The position numbers were made by a program, and so were the translations under genes. A stretch of DNA of 64,000 nucleotides from Octopus vulgaris (lineage: Eukaryota), in assembly GCA_951406725.2 (NCBI GenBank), contig OX597823.1, positions 103,230,001 to 103,294,000 on the forward strand, written 5' to 3'. Positions 27,747 through 40,158 of this stretch are shown here, one piece after another (positions within the stretch are counted from its first letter, which is position 1; every line of letters starts with the position of its first letter). The notes beneath the pieces are model-generated. The model was not told where the DNA came from, made no database searches, and saw only the letters and a program-made list of their open reading frames with translations.

Positions 27747-30700
27747 TATATATGCCCCATGTAGCTACTGCCATAGTCTTTGGTCCTTAGACATGATAAG
27801 GAAAAAAAATGACTTCTGTTTTTTTCTAAAATTTTCCCACTCTTCTAAAAGTTTGTCTTTTTATAAATTTTTTTTTTTTCAATTTTGTATTTTTACACTA
27901 TATTAATGTAAGAAATTTTAGAACTGAAGGAAAATTTATTGATGTTTTCTATGAGATCTGTTGATACATTCCAGACTGCTGCTGTGAAATACACCTTGAA
28001 AATTTTTTTGTTTATATATATATTCAAAGCTATAACAATAAACTTATTGAATTTAAATTTTACAATTACAATATTTTTATTTTGTAAAATATATTTGATT
28101 AAAAGAGTAGATTTCTTTCATCATCTTTAAAGCTTTTATTCTACAGTTTCTTCACAAATTCTCTTTTTCTAAGAGAGTAAAAATGTGTTTCAGTATGAGT
28201 AATTTACAATGTGTAAAGGGAGTTATATATGAATAACATTAGAGATGAAGTTACCAAGTGGACAAGGAAAAAGGATCACCAGTTCATAGGTTGTCGGTTC
28301 TATTTGCTCCAGACATTTCAGTACACTTAATTTCCAACTGTCAAATCTGAGAATGTTGCCTTCAATTAACTGGTGTTGTATCCTTGGGAGAGATTTATTT
28401 CCCATCTGCTGAATGTTATTGAATCTGCTGATTGCGTTGGTTCTTACGAATCTATGGTATTGTTGATAATGTAATTAACAGACTATGATTAAGAAGACAT
28501 TAGTTATCACATAATTAATAGTATTTTCAAATGCTGTAAATTTAAACGAATTATCTTTTATGCACATCTGTATATTGGGAGTCTCAGCTTCAGATGACGT
28601 TTGAGTAGTTTGTGACTTAGAATCTGGCAAAATATAACAGTTTATATTATGTGCTGATGCCAGTACCCCCTCAAAAGGTAATCTGGGTGATTGAAGACTT
28701 GTAGCAATCTTAATTCTCAAATGCAAATGAAATCATTCAAACCACTAATGCCATTAAGAAAATATTCAGCATCACAACTTTCTATTTCCACTTTCCCTAA
28801 AATATGAGTCTTTGTGCCTTGTCAAAATGAAGCAATATTTATCTAATCAGGCATATGTTGTAGAACAAGAGAAAAACCACCCAAGCCTGTGACCTTCTTT
28901 CTCCATTTGATGGTGTTACACTTCACTGACTCAATTGGTTCAAATGTTACAACTTTCCATTTCATCTCAAAAGCACTTGACCTTTGTGCCTCATTGAAAG
29001 AAACATATTTTTACTCAATCTTAACAAATATTCATCTGTTTGTTAGGATTTCACCAGAAGAATTACTCTAACCTTATGGCAACTTTCAATTGGTTTAACT
29101 ATATTTTTGTTTGTGTTTTTCATTCCTAACTATAAAGACAGTTAAACATGTTGACCATCAAAACATTTCAGAAGGAACAGTTTAAGTGTTATGAAGTTGC
29201 TATTTTAAATAAAAGAGGAAGATGTAGATTAAAATTTACTATAAAAAGAAACAAAAACAAAAAACAAAACAAACTTATTGAGAAAATTAAAGAATATCAT
29301 ACAAAGATGCATATCTAAGCCTACAAGATTTAGTTGTCTTGTTTAGCATTACTACATACATTCTTATGAACATAATCATTACCTTTGGCATTGATGAAAT
29401 GAAAATAAGTAAAATATTTAAAGAAAATTAAAAGCTAAATATACTATTTAAAAAAAATTTCTATGACTCTTGTATATAATTATGTTATTGTTGCTATTTT
29501 TATACAAAACAAATTGTCAAACCGCTCTATGATCTTGACATCTTTTTGGTGTTTTTGCAGATAAGTAACTTTCTGTCTAATGTTGCTGGAAACAGTGTTG
29601 AACACTGTGGAGGCAACCTCTGGATCAGGCAAGTCTGTGACTCTGTTTTAATTCTTTGGGAAAAGTTTGAATGTCACAGCATCTTGTTTTTATCCCTTCC
29701 CTATAAATGTTTGTTTTGATAATAATAATAAAAAAAATTCTGCTCAACTCAATTGTTCTGTCATACTTGCTTTAATTATTAATAAAAAAAACCGACAAGA
29801 TTAATTGTTTCTAGCAATGAAAGATGAACTAGATGAATGAAGTGAACATAATTCATAAATGGTTTCTAATTAAAGGACAGGCCAACAATTTTGAGTGGGG
29901 GTGGGGTTAGTCAATATGAGTGAGCCCAGTACATGACGGGTATGTTATTTTATCAAGCCTAAAAAGATGGAAGGCAAAGTTGACCTTGGTGGACAAATAC
30001 TGGGGTTGATTTAATCAACTGTTCCCACATAAATTTGTGGCCTTGTGCTAATGTTAGACATTAATACTTACTTTAGAAAATGTAAGTAGTTTAGGATATA
30101 TGCTCATTGAATGAATATAAAGTTTATGTTTGCTTGTTGCTTTTTGTCATGTTTTATTTGGAAATATATTTTTCTCCTATCAATATAATTTTTTATGCTT
30201 CATTATTAGTTCCTAAAGGTGTGTGATCTAGTGGTTAGGGCGTTGGACTCACAACTGGAATGTGATATGTTCAAATCCCGAACAGTGTGGTGTGTTGCAT
30301 CCTTGTGCAATGCAGTTTATTTTCAAGTCTACTCAGCTGAAATGAGTACCTATTTCTTTACTACCCACAAGGGGCTAAACACAGAGGGGACAAACAAGGA
30401 CAGACAAATGGATTAAGTCGATTACATCGACCCCAGTGCATAACTGGTACATAATTTATTGACCCCCGAAAGGATGAAAGGCAAAGTATACATTGCATTC
30501 ATGCTTGTGTGATTGTAAAGCAGGTCTAGAAAATATTATCAACCAATTGTAAATTTATCAGCTGGAGGAGGTAAATATATGATCTGAGAAATATAACTGA
30601 CAGATGCGTATATGTTGTTAGTTTGTATATGTATAATGACATCATCATTTTAATGTCCAATTATCCATGTTTGCCTGGATTGGGTGTGGAATTTGTTGAG

Positions 30701-30866
30701 GGGAATTTTCTACAGTGAGATGTTCCTGTTACCAAATCTCATCTGTTTTCAAGTATGGTTATATTCCTCATGATGTGATATTGTTTTCATGGAAGATTGG
30801 AAACAAATGACACCTCTTGCATGTTGGTGACATTTGTTTACATAAAGTCAAGGCAAGGAGACTAAT

Positions 30867-30903
<37 letters not shown>

Positions 30904-31124
30904 CGAGGTCTGATCAATAAGTATCCGGACTATTGCCATAATAACGAAGCTAAAGAATGCAGGATGAAGCCACTTGACACAGATTGACCTTAAACTCTGT
31001 TGTGCATGCACACTAAGTTTTAATATTCTAGCTCACTTCCGCTGTTTACAGTAGTGCTTGGAAGGAAGGTGTGTAATGTGTGATCATCGCATTGACCATG
31101 ACAGAGAAAGCTGTTATGGCGATA
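30904..31124 (+). mobile_element. Mariner 5' end fragment
   Basis: TA|CGAGGTCTGATCAATAAGTATCCGGAC is a mariner-type TIR inserted at a (TA)n. The sequence breaks off just after a putative ATG ACA GAG AAA, followed by a short inverted copy (gttatggcgata) of the subterminal sequence. Confidence 0.6.
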
Positions 31125-31588
31125 CCTGCTAAGTATAGGGGTTTATCTTTAGCTAGACATTAAATGTTGAAGATTTTATTTGTTTGCGTGGTAGCCGCTG
31201 AAGGCGGTATAACAAAAGTATGACGATTTCTGACGTTTGCCGTATATACTATATATTTAGTATTTAAGTTATAATGCATGAAACTCTTGGCCCTTGAGTC
31301 ACTGTATAACGTCTGCCAATTCTTGTTAAAACACACACATTTGTATTACTTAGGACTAAGGGCTAAATTGCAAAATAACTCAAACAGAGGACTTTCTCAT
31401 CTGTTTCTTTTACATTCGAGATTTTTTTCCAATTGTCTATGTACAAAATAAGTTCTTATTTGAGATAGAAACAGCGTTAACCCGGACGACCTGGATGCGA
31501 TGGGTACTACGTGGTTTGTGCCCTGACAGTGAGTCTGTTGCTATTTACTGTCACAGATTAATTTTACATTGGAATTCTTAACAGTTAA

Positions 31589-31956
31589 TCTCTATATCTA
31601 TAAAGCTGAAGTTGTCTGTGTATAGCAGGTTTGGTAGCCTTCAACTAACACTATCTCCTCTGAGACCCTGAGAGTATGATAGAGGGCTTGCTCTTCCTTC
31701 CGTAGAAGAAAAAATATCAAATCGGACCATGTTAGCACCAAAAATTATTTACATCAAAAAGGTGCTTTTTTTCTATGAAAATCCCTATTTTTTATGATTT
31801 TTTGACTGCTGTGTCGTAATTTTTCGGTGTATTTTAACCAGGAAAATGTTCACATAAAGAGAATAACAAGCTACATAATGCAAAATTTTTACTTCTCAAA
31901 AATTCCAATTCTAAAGGGTCGAAACAAGCCCGAGCAACGCCGGGCTATACTGCTAG
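31589..31956 (+). mobile_element. Non-autonomous Helitron (368 bp)
   Basis: 5' A|TCTCTATATCTATAAAG; 3' GC-rich hairpin GCCCG-AGCAACGC-CGGGC then ...CTAG|T; A/T target with no TSD. Confidence 0.85.
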
Positions 31957-32085
31957 TTTATTCATAAAACGAATCTATCCACACAGAACTAAATAAAGGG
32001 AGGTAAGTCACATGATCAGATCTCCAGAAATGAGATACAATTAGCTGCTTTTCCCTCACTTTCTTGATCTCAGCTGAATCCAAAA

Positions 32086-32088
32086 ATG
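32086..32088 (+). CDS. LTV1: LTV1 probable first coding exon (initiator ATG only)
   Basis: Exon 34724 starts in phase 0 with P-R-R-K and lacks a Met. The best upstream 'ATG|GT' is caaaaATG|gtgaga (A-rich Kozak context, good donor). This is inferred, not proven. Confidence 0.55.
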
Positions 32089-32674
32089 GTGAGAAAACTT
32101 GTTTCATATCATTTCACAATCGTTCTCATATTTTAATTGAATTTTATTTTGCTTTCTAATTTAATATGCTTGTTAATATATATTCATGTAATTCTCTATG
32201 CTGTTAATCTATTTATAGTATTGCAGCTTTAGACGCAATCTTCTACCAAAAATTCTTCCTCGCACACCAATGTGTTCTGTTTTTTTTATTTTTTATATTT
32301 TGAACTTTCATATCAAAATAATCTTAATTTACTTTCAGATAAACATTTCATTTTACTCATATTTCACTTTCTAATGAAGATCTGTTATAGTTTGTTGACA
32401 GTTTATCATTTTAGATGATTTCCTGAGCCTCGAACTTTCACACACGTGTTCAGCGCCATCGTCGTTCTTCGCTTTAGTAACTTTTCAGTTTGTACCTTCA
32501 TTTAATGACACAGAAGCAGGTGTGCACATTCAGGGGTTTGCCCACCTAATGCGATTATCAGTAATATTCGTTTAATCGACCAAACCCTACACATTTCAGA
32601 AATAGTCGGGGGGGGGGGAGAACACCCGCATTGTTGGGAGTATCATTAATGTCTGGGGTATTAGGATTGTCTTT

Positions 32675-33062
32675 TACTTGTTTCAGTCATTTGACTGCGG
32701 CCATGCTGGTGCACCGCCTTTAGTCAAGCAAGTCGACCCCAGGACTTATTCTTTGTAAGCCTAGTACTTATTCTATCGGCCTCTTTTGCTGAACCGCTAT
32801 GTTAGGGGATGTAAACACACCAACATCGGTTGTCAAGCGATGGTTGGGGGACAAACACAGACACACAAATATATATACACACACACACACATATATATAC
32901 AATTATATGACGAGCTTCTTTCAGTTTCCATCTACCAAATCCACTCACAAGGCTTTGGTCGGCCTGAGGCTTTAATAGAAGACACTTGCCCAAGGTGCCA
33001 CGCAGTGGGATTGAACCTCAAACCATGTGGTTGATTACAAGCTACTTACCACACAGCCACTC
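32675..33062 (-). mobile_element. tRNA-derived SINE family B, full length
   Basis: Reverse complement of 54448-54832. Confidence 0.85.
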
Positions 33063-33494
33063 CTTAAAAAATATTCTGATAAGAGGTCAACTCTACGTCG
33101 TATTTATTCGACCCGCTAGAAATACCCCCATCCTCTCCGTTTTCTGCGGAATAAATGCCCCCCAAAAAACCGTAGCGAAAAAATTATCTACTACCGAAAT
33201 CGAGTCTGGTGTGAAATTATAAATTTACCGAATCTTCGAATCGCACCATGCTATCTTTAGAACTGGAAGAACATTGAATATCCTGAGACATACTAATTAT
33301 AACGGTTGAGTATACCTTGAATGCTTTTGACTCTTGGTTTGCTCAGTCAGACTTAACATGGAACTAAAAGATAGCAAACATTCTAGGCGACATCTCTTGT
33401 TCAAGTATCTCTCAATGTTTCCATATTGTTGCAGTCTCCTTCCTCCTCTAATTGTAAACAATATCTGTAATAGGTGATACAGAACCAGTTTAGA

Positions 33495-33672
33495 AGCGAT
33501 CTTTCGGTACAAGTACCATAACTGCCAATTATAAACCCACGTGGGTTTATTTACCCTTTTCCCCCACCCCTAACCCCACATATATAAAAAAAAACTTTAC
33601 AGAAAGTGACGATCTTCTTCAAATGTAAACAAACAAACTTGGCAGTTATGGTACTTGTACCGAAAGATCGCC
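33495..33672. mobile_element. MITE with 33-bp perfect TIRs and 8-bp TSD (Merlin/MULE-like)
   Basis: GCGATCTTTCGGTACAAGTACCATAACTGCCAA (33496-33528) and its exact reverse complement (33639-33671); flanks agtttaga / agtttagg. Confidence 0.8.
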
Positions 33673-34723
33673 AGTTTAGGTTCTTTCACAATATTAACGC
33701 TTTAGTTGTTCTTTCATTCTTTTATTGATTTCAGTCACAGGACGGAGGTTATGCACAGCAATTTTTCAAGAGTTTTTATAGTCGATTATGTCAATCTGGG
33801 AGTAAAAAGATGCAACCAAATGCCACAAGATGGTTAATATTGTTTACCCCCAGATCAGCCCTAACGGAACAGACCTATGTTCAAATACATCCCAGTTGTC
33901 ACAGTCCCTTCTCTATTTCAATATATATATATATTCTCAATTAAATGTTAAACGAACTGGTGGATCACCTTGTCTTTGTGTGTGTATGTATGTACATACA
34001 TATATATATGTGTGTGTGTACATACATATATACATATACGACGAGATAATGTTTGCCTCTTAGAGACAAAAGGGTTTATAAGACTGCAAAAAAGAAGTGC
34101 TCGAATTTAATTGAGACAGAGATGAAAAAACACTGATCAGAGAACAAACCTCAAATTCAAGTCAACAACTTTATACATAACACTATGCCTCCAAACATTT
34201 GATCATATATAAATATTACCGTGGCCTTTCAACATATAAAGAATACATTTATATAAAAAAAACACAGAAGGTAAAAAATATATATGCAAATAAAAATACA
34301 GATATATAAAACAGCCATTATAGTTGTTTTTCCCATTTTAAGATTTAATTCCATTCCTATTATTACTATCCTTTATTTTTCAAATCAAAGAAGGCATGCC
34401 ATCTTAGCCTGTTGATAAACTTGGTGGTTTTATAGATAAGTTATTCCATATATACGTACCTTGAAGGTATGGGGATATATTTTGTTGAAAAATCCAATGT
34501 TTATTCATAATGCAATCTATATGAAGTGCTCAACGAGCAGATGTGTGTGTATATATATAAACAAACACACATACATTTTACGTTACCATTGTTTTCTTTG
34601 TTACTTTTTTCTAATTTCTTTTATAATACAAAGATCTTTTATAAAAGTGACAAGGTTTGAATTTATCTGTAGCTTACGTGTATATTTTTTAATAAAATAG
34701 TTTGATTTGAAATTTCTTTTTAG

Positions 34724-34852
34724 CCAAGACGCAAGACGAAATTCATTGACAAAAAGAATGCAGTCACTTTTCATCTTGTGCATCGAAGTCAACAAGATCC
34801 TATGCTTGTGTCTGAAGATGCTTCTCATTTTGTACTACTGCCTTCTGGTGCG
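34724..34852 (+). CDS. LTV1: LTV1 exon
   Basis: ttttag|...|gtaagt; PRRKTKFIDKKNAVTFHLVHRSQQDPMLVSEDASHFVLLPSGA, the conserved LTV1 N-terminus (F.LVHRSQ.DP). Confidence 0.95.
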
Positions 34853-36090
34853 GTAAGTTTCAATTTCATTATTTTCTTTCCTTACTGGTTCATTGATTTC
34901 AAGATTTTTTTAATGCTTTATCTTAAATGAAGTTTTGTTAGAGAATTGAACTAGTAACCATAAAGTCGAGAGTTCATGGAGCATGAACCCTGTGCTCTGT
35001 TTTTGACAAATGCACTTAACTTTCCCTTATTAATTGCACAGTCTGAAAATAGGTGCTGTGAGAGAGAACAATTCACCTTGCTCAAGTGGTTCTTATTTGA
35101 TCTAATACTCAGATCAAATTTTATTGTGAGTCATTAGGAGCCAAAGTTAGAAATAATTTTGGTTATTTTTCCTTGAGTGAGTATTTGAATACATTTTTAT
35201 AATTTTCAGATGAACCATTATGGATCATTATTTGTTTGATATCAGTCTTTTAAGAAAGGCACGAGTCCTAGAAAAAAAAAAAGAAAGTGATTTGCTGGTT
35301 TCAGTCATTGGAATGTAACAATGCTGGGTCATTCCATTGAAAGGGTTATACAATTAAATTGACCTCAATATATAAAATCTGGTATTTATTCTATCAGTTA
35401 CTTTTGCTGTAAACAAAATAATGCTGGTTATCAAACAGTAAACAGGAGAAACAAGCACAGCAAAGATGCCTGCACATAGACAGAGTGACTTCTGCACAGT
35501 TTCCATGTACCAGATTCACTCTTGAGAGCATTTGTTAGCCCAAGGTTATAGTAGAAGACTCTTGTCTGAATTACTGTGGAGCAAAACTGAAACCAAATTG
35601 GATTTCAAAGTGGACTTCTTAAGTACACAATCATGCCTGTACCTGGTTGTGCTTTAAATATAAATATAAACTTATATGTGGCTTATAAAATATTGAGTCT
35701 ATGTTGTCCAAGAGTACGACACCTCTTGGAGAGAATGAACTGGACCACAATATATAAATGTGCTAGTTCCACAGTTCGTGTGTTGATAGTCCAAAGTTGG
35801 AGTTCAGAGTTTACAGTTTGAGTTAGCATGTTGGATTGTTGGTTTTTAAAAGATTGTTATGTTCTGTGTGGTTACTGCCATTTGTTATGATTATATTGTT
35901 ATTACACTGTTGCAGTGTATTTAATTTATCCATGAGGATATAAGAGTCTATCAGATACTCACTTTTAGTTCCCTTCCAGAAGAGTTATATCTTTTTTGCA
36001 TCCACACTTAATTTTTATATCAATTGTATAAATATGCATTCTTTGTTCACTCCTAGAAAATTTAATGTAATTCTAACCTTTATTGTATAG

Positions 36091-36240
36091 AATAAAAGAG
36101 AGCAGCTATTGGAAGAACAAAGAAAATTTGGCATTTATTTCGAAGATGACTACAACTATCTGCAACATTTGAAGGAAGCAAATGAAACTGTGGAAATAGA
36201 TGACACCGAGACATTTCAGATGATAAGCTCTGAGCCATGT
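36091..36240 (+). CDS. LTV1: LTV1 exon
   Basis: gtatag|...|gtgagt; NKREQLLEEQRKFGIYFEDDYNYLQHLKE (LTV1 'G..FDDDYDYLQHL'). Confidence 0.95.
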
Positions 36241-36379
36241 GTGAGTATTTTAGATAACTTGCATTGGTCTTTGTGAATTTCTGATGTAAATGAATGAAAA
36301 AATATCCTACATGACTGTGAGTCTACACAGATAGATACAGATGGACGATACTTTTCACATTAGCAAAGAACTAAAGGTC

Positions 36380-36598
36380 TTAACCCTTTTGTTGTTAACC
36401 CACTTGAGGCTGCATCTGATTCTATGATACAAACTTACCATTTTAAAGTGATGCAAATTAAAACCTATCAAAATTCTGTGTTAATTTATGTTCCAAACAT
36501 CAGCTTAATAACAAAGTCATTTTACTAAATTCTTCTTCAGAATTATTTGAAACAAAGGCAGTGTTATTTCAATAGCAATATGGTAACAAAAGGGTTAA
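36380..36598. mobile_element. piggyBac-type MITE copy
   Basis: TTAA-CCCTTTTGTT...GGTAACAAAAGGG-TTAA; interior similar to 19711-19940. Confidence 0.75.
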
Positions 36599-36669
36599 AT
36601 CTAGAGTGGTAGAACAGGATATCATTTTGGAAGTTTGCCTAGGATATGACACTGCTATAGGAGCTACCA

Positions 36670-37720
36670 GGGTGAAATAAAGACATCTATTATAATGGCG
36701 TTTATCTCTATGAGATGTAAAACGATGTGGCCTTATAGCTTTTACCTGGCAGGAATAACTAATACATCTGTCATAAAGTTTATCTTCATGAGGTCACAAC
36801 ATTTATCTGGGTGGAATAATTTAAGATGTTTGTTATTTATCTTCATTAGAAGTAACTTATGGTATGACATTCTCATATTTACTGAAGAGGAATAATTTGT
36901 AATTTATATGATATTTATCACAATATTTTTTTGTGGTCTTGGTCAGCTTATTGTTGTCCCATACCCGTTTGGAGAGTTGGGCCATCACAGCAGCTGCCTT
37001 GCCAAAGCGTATATTGAGCTCGGCATCAAGGGATAGGTTGTAGGTGATGGTAGAGCTAAGATAGGTAAACTTCTCCACCTCCTGTAGTCTGTGGTCTCCA
37101 ATATGTATGTTTGGGATGCCCGATGTAGCCTGACCCATGATGTTGGTCTTCTTGAGGCTGATAACTAAGCCAAAGTCACTACATGCTTGCTCAATATTAG
37201 CGACTGGGAAGCAGTTGCCAGCAACCGTGGAGATTGGCGACGTACCGTAAAAGAGGGAACACAAAGGAGAGAGAGAGGAGAAATGGAAAGACAAGAAAAG
37301 ATGTCAACAAGAAACTATGACATTACAACCAGCCAGGCAAAGTCTTCTACATTTGCGGCACCTGCCAGAGGGAGTGTTTGTCCAGAATAGGACTACACAG
37401 CCACAGAAGGAGATGTATTAGGACATGAAATGTAAAAGCTGGACTAGATTATTTTATGCGCAACTCCATTGTCTCCCGACACAAAAAGGATGTCAACAAT
37501 CACAACATATACCCAACATGGATAATTACTGCATTTGTCATATGAAGGTTTATTTTTCATGTGATGTAACACGTGTTATGACATTATCATTTTACCTGAG
37601 AGGAATAATTAAGACATTTAACTGAATGAAGTTTATCTATGTTTTCTAATTTATATGATATTTACTAAAGGAGAATAATTAAAACATCTGTCACAATGAG
37701 ATTTACTTTCATGTGATGAA
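36670..37720. repeat. Degenerate ~60-80-bp tandem repeat interrupted by the RTE insertion
   Basis: Recurring ggaataattaa.acat.tgtca...tttatct.catg units on both sides of the insertion. Confidence 0.55.
36927..37498. mobile_element. RTE-clade LINE 3' fragment with inverted 5' part
   Basis: Minus part: FGLVISLKKTNIM...VEKFTYLSSTI...AELNIRFGKAA...LSKRVW. Plus part: NISDWEAVASNRGDWR and a CxxC...RIGLHSHRRRC finger plus 3' tail. Confidence 0.85.
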
Positions 37721-38216
37721 TGCTATTGTTAGTTTAAATGATAAATTTGGAAAGTATGAAATAACTCCTTACGCAGAATATTGGTAAGCGTTTCTGTGGT
37801 ACTCAAATATTACGGTAGAAGGAATGAATTTATGGTACGTACAACACTGTTATAGATGAGAACATCTCAGTGCTTATAGATTACATAGTGTCTTATTCTA
37901 AATAAAGTATATTTTTTACACAATTCTATTTTCCTGTGTCAATCTTGTACATATGCTAAGTGATTATTTTATCACTGCTGAAGCAAGCATGGCAAACACT
38001 ATGCTTCATTGAGGAAGTCAGTATAAAGTTGAAATATACCCAGAATTATCTCCCATACTTCCCAGAACACAAAAATAACGTTAGTTATTAACTAGTAACT
38101 AATAGCTTTTCTTACTGCATAAATGTTTATAGTTAGTGTTTTTTTTTTTAACTAGTACCTGCATTAAATATGCAACACTAACTAAACTATATAAACTTAC
38201 TCTTACTAAATTATAG

Positions 38217-38316
38217 AAAACTGCACCTGATGTAAAGCTACACCTGCCCTCAACTGTATTTAGCAGTGGTGTGGAGACGAAAGTTGGATTATTAAACAAA
38301 GCTGCTCCTCAGTCAG
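38217..38316 (+). CDS. LTV1: LTV1 exon
   Basis: ttatag|...|gtaaaa; KTAPDVKLHLPSTVFSSGVETKVGLLNKAAPQS(G). Confidence 0.93.
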
Positions 38317-39214
38317 GTAAAAAAAAATTATTTTATTTGTTGCAAAATAACATATTTTTATTAGTTTTTGTAAAGATTGGTTGTTAGTAGATTGTTGTTA
38401 TTTTCTGAAGGTGGGGTACACCCCTAGTGCTTTCTATGCGAAAATGGGAATAACAAGATGAAGCTAATGTAGTGGATGTTGAATTTCAACTATTGCAGGT
38501 TAGCATTTAAAATATAAGCAGCAGTAATGTTATAGGTTGAGGATAGTGTTTTCTGGAAAGTGGAGAATGGGTAATATGGAGGTTTGTGTGGCTAGAAGAT
38601 ACTGAATGTGTGTGTCTAGGAACCTCCAAAGATCACTCAGCTATGAGTGGTGAGATTGTGATCATTTCTCCTGTCTACTGACTTTGTACTTTTGTAGACA
38701 GGCAGAATGCTTGAAAAGCAGTTATGATTTAGTGACAGGAAGAGTATCCAGTTGTAAAATAATGCCTGAATATCCATTTAATCCATGTTTATATGGAAAA
38801 AAAAGCATAAAATCATTGAATGAACAAAGTAATTTAAAGATACCTTTAGCATTTTAAATATTGCTTTTCATTTTAATACCAAATATACTTATGACTCACA
38901 CTGTATGTATGTTTGTACATATGCACTCTCATGCATATATGTGTACATACACAAACACACATGTTTGCATATAATAAGTTTCTGTACAGTGTCTGTCTAC
39001 CAATTTCGTTCATAAAGTATTGGTGTTAACTTAAGGCTATAGGTGAAAACACTTGTACAAGGTGCCATGCTGTGAGATCAAGTGTGAAACCACATGGCTG
39101 TGTAGTAAACGCCTTAGCCACTAATCTATACCTGTCTGTACCTAAATGCATTTACTTGCTGTGTTTGTTCATTTAATTCTCTCCTAAACAAGATGTTCAC
39201 ATATTTCATTGCAG

Positions 39215-39332
39215 GTCCCAAGGTGGATTGGGATCCAGATATTGTTGCCGCTCTTGATGAGGATTATGATTTTGAGGATCCTGAAGGTGTTTTAGACGAT
39301 GACTTTATGACAGTGGCAAATAAAAAGGACAA
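39215..39332 (+). CDS. LTV1: LTV1 exon
   Basis: ttgcag|...|gtatgg; GPKVDWDPDIVAALDEDYDFEDPEGVLDDDFMTVAN. Confidence 0.95.
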
Positions 39333-39412
39333 GTATGGGAATTTTTATAAATATATCTCTGTAATTTTAGTCGGCTGTACTCAAGACAGCATGTAGGCTA
39401 GTGTTGACATAT

Positions 39413-39606
39413 TTAACCCTTTCGTTACTATATTTCTGACCAAAATACACCTCTCATGAGTTTCAATTAAATTCTTAAATAATCATGAATTTAGACTAGT
39501 TTCATTAAACAACTCTAACTTTTTTACTTATCAACATATTAATGTGATATTTGGAACATAATTGAAGAAAGGGTTCTTAATCAATTCTATTGCATAATTT
39601 TTGTCT
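39413..39606 (-). mobile_element. Solo end of the piggyBac-like element seen at 48181-49204
   Basis: TTAACCCTTTCGTTACTATATTTCTGACCAAAATACACC is the reverse complement of the 49166-49204 end. Confidence 0.75.
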
Positions 39607-39944
39607 CAATGTTAGCCGCTCTGGCAACGATCATGCTTGGATGGTGCTCTTAGCACCCTACTAGTACGGGCGCAAGTGCCGGTAAGGCGACGCTGGTAAC
39701 AATCACACTTGAATGGTGCCTTTTATGTGTTTTGCCAGTTAGCTGCTCTGTCAATGATCACACTCGTATGGTGCTCTTTGCACCCCGCTAGCACGGATGC
39801 CAGTCATCGAATTTGATTTTGGAAAAGGAAAATAATATTAGATGCAGGTGTGACTGTGTGGTTAAGCTTGTGTAAGAAATCAATGATGTTTTTAATTTCA
39901 GTTTTGAGTTAATTTGATATTTATTTTTTTCTTTTCTATTAAAG

Positions 39945-40158
39945 TGAAGATGAGGATGGTTCAGATGAAGATGACTCAGATGAGAGTGGTTCAGACATTT
40001 CTTCTAATCTTGGAGATATGTCAGGATCTGATGCACGTTCTGATGATGATTATTTCATGGAAGAAGAAACCAAATCTCATTTCACGAATTACTCAATGAC
40101 ATCATCAGTGGTGCCAAGAAGTGAAGCACTGAAGGACATTGACGATCAATTTGAAAAG
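39945..40158 (+). CDS. LTV1: LTV1 exon
   Basis: Polypyrimidine tract + aaag|...|gtaagt; acidic tract then EEETKSHFTNYSMTSSVVPRSEALKDIDDQFEK. Confidence 0.93.

Noticed and set aside
31520-31570. Hairpin TGACAGTGA...TTACTGTCA followed by a U-tract, considered as a snRNA
   Set aside because: No match to U1-U12 sequences that I can recognise, and the Sm site is imperfect
33648-33652. Alternative ATG|GT for the LTV1 start
   Set aside because: Lies inside a MITE terminal inverted repeat, with a weak donor
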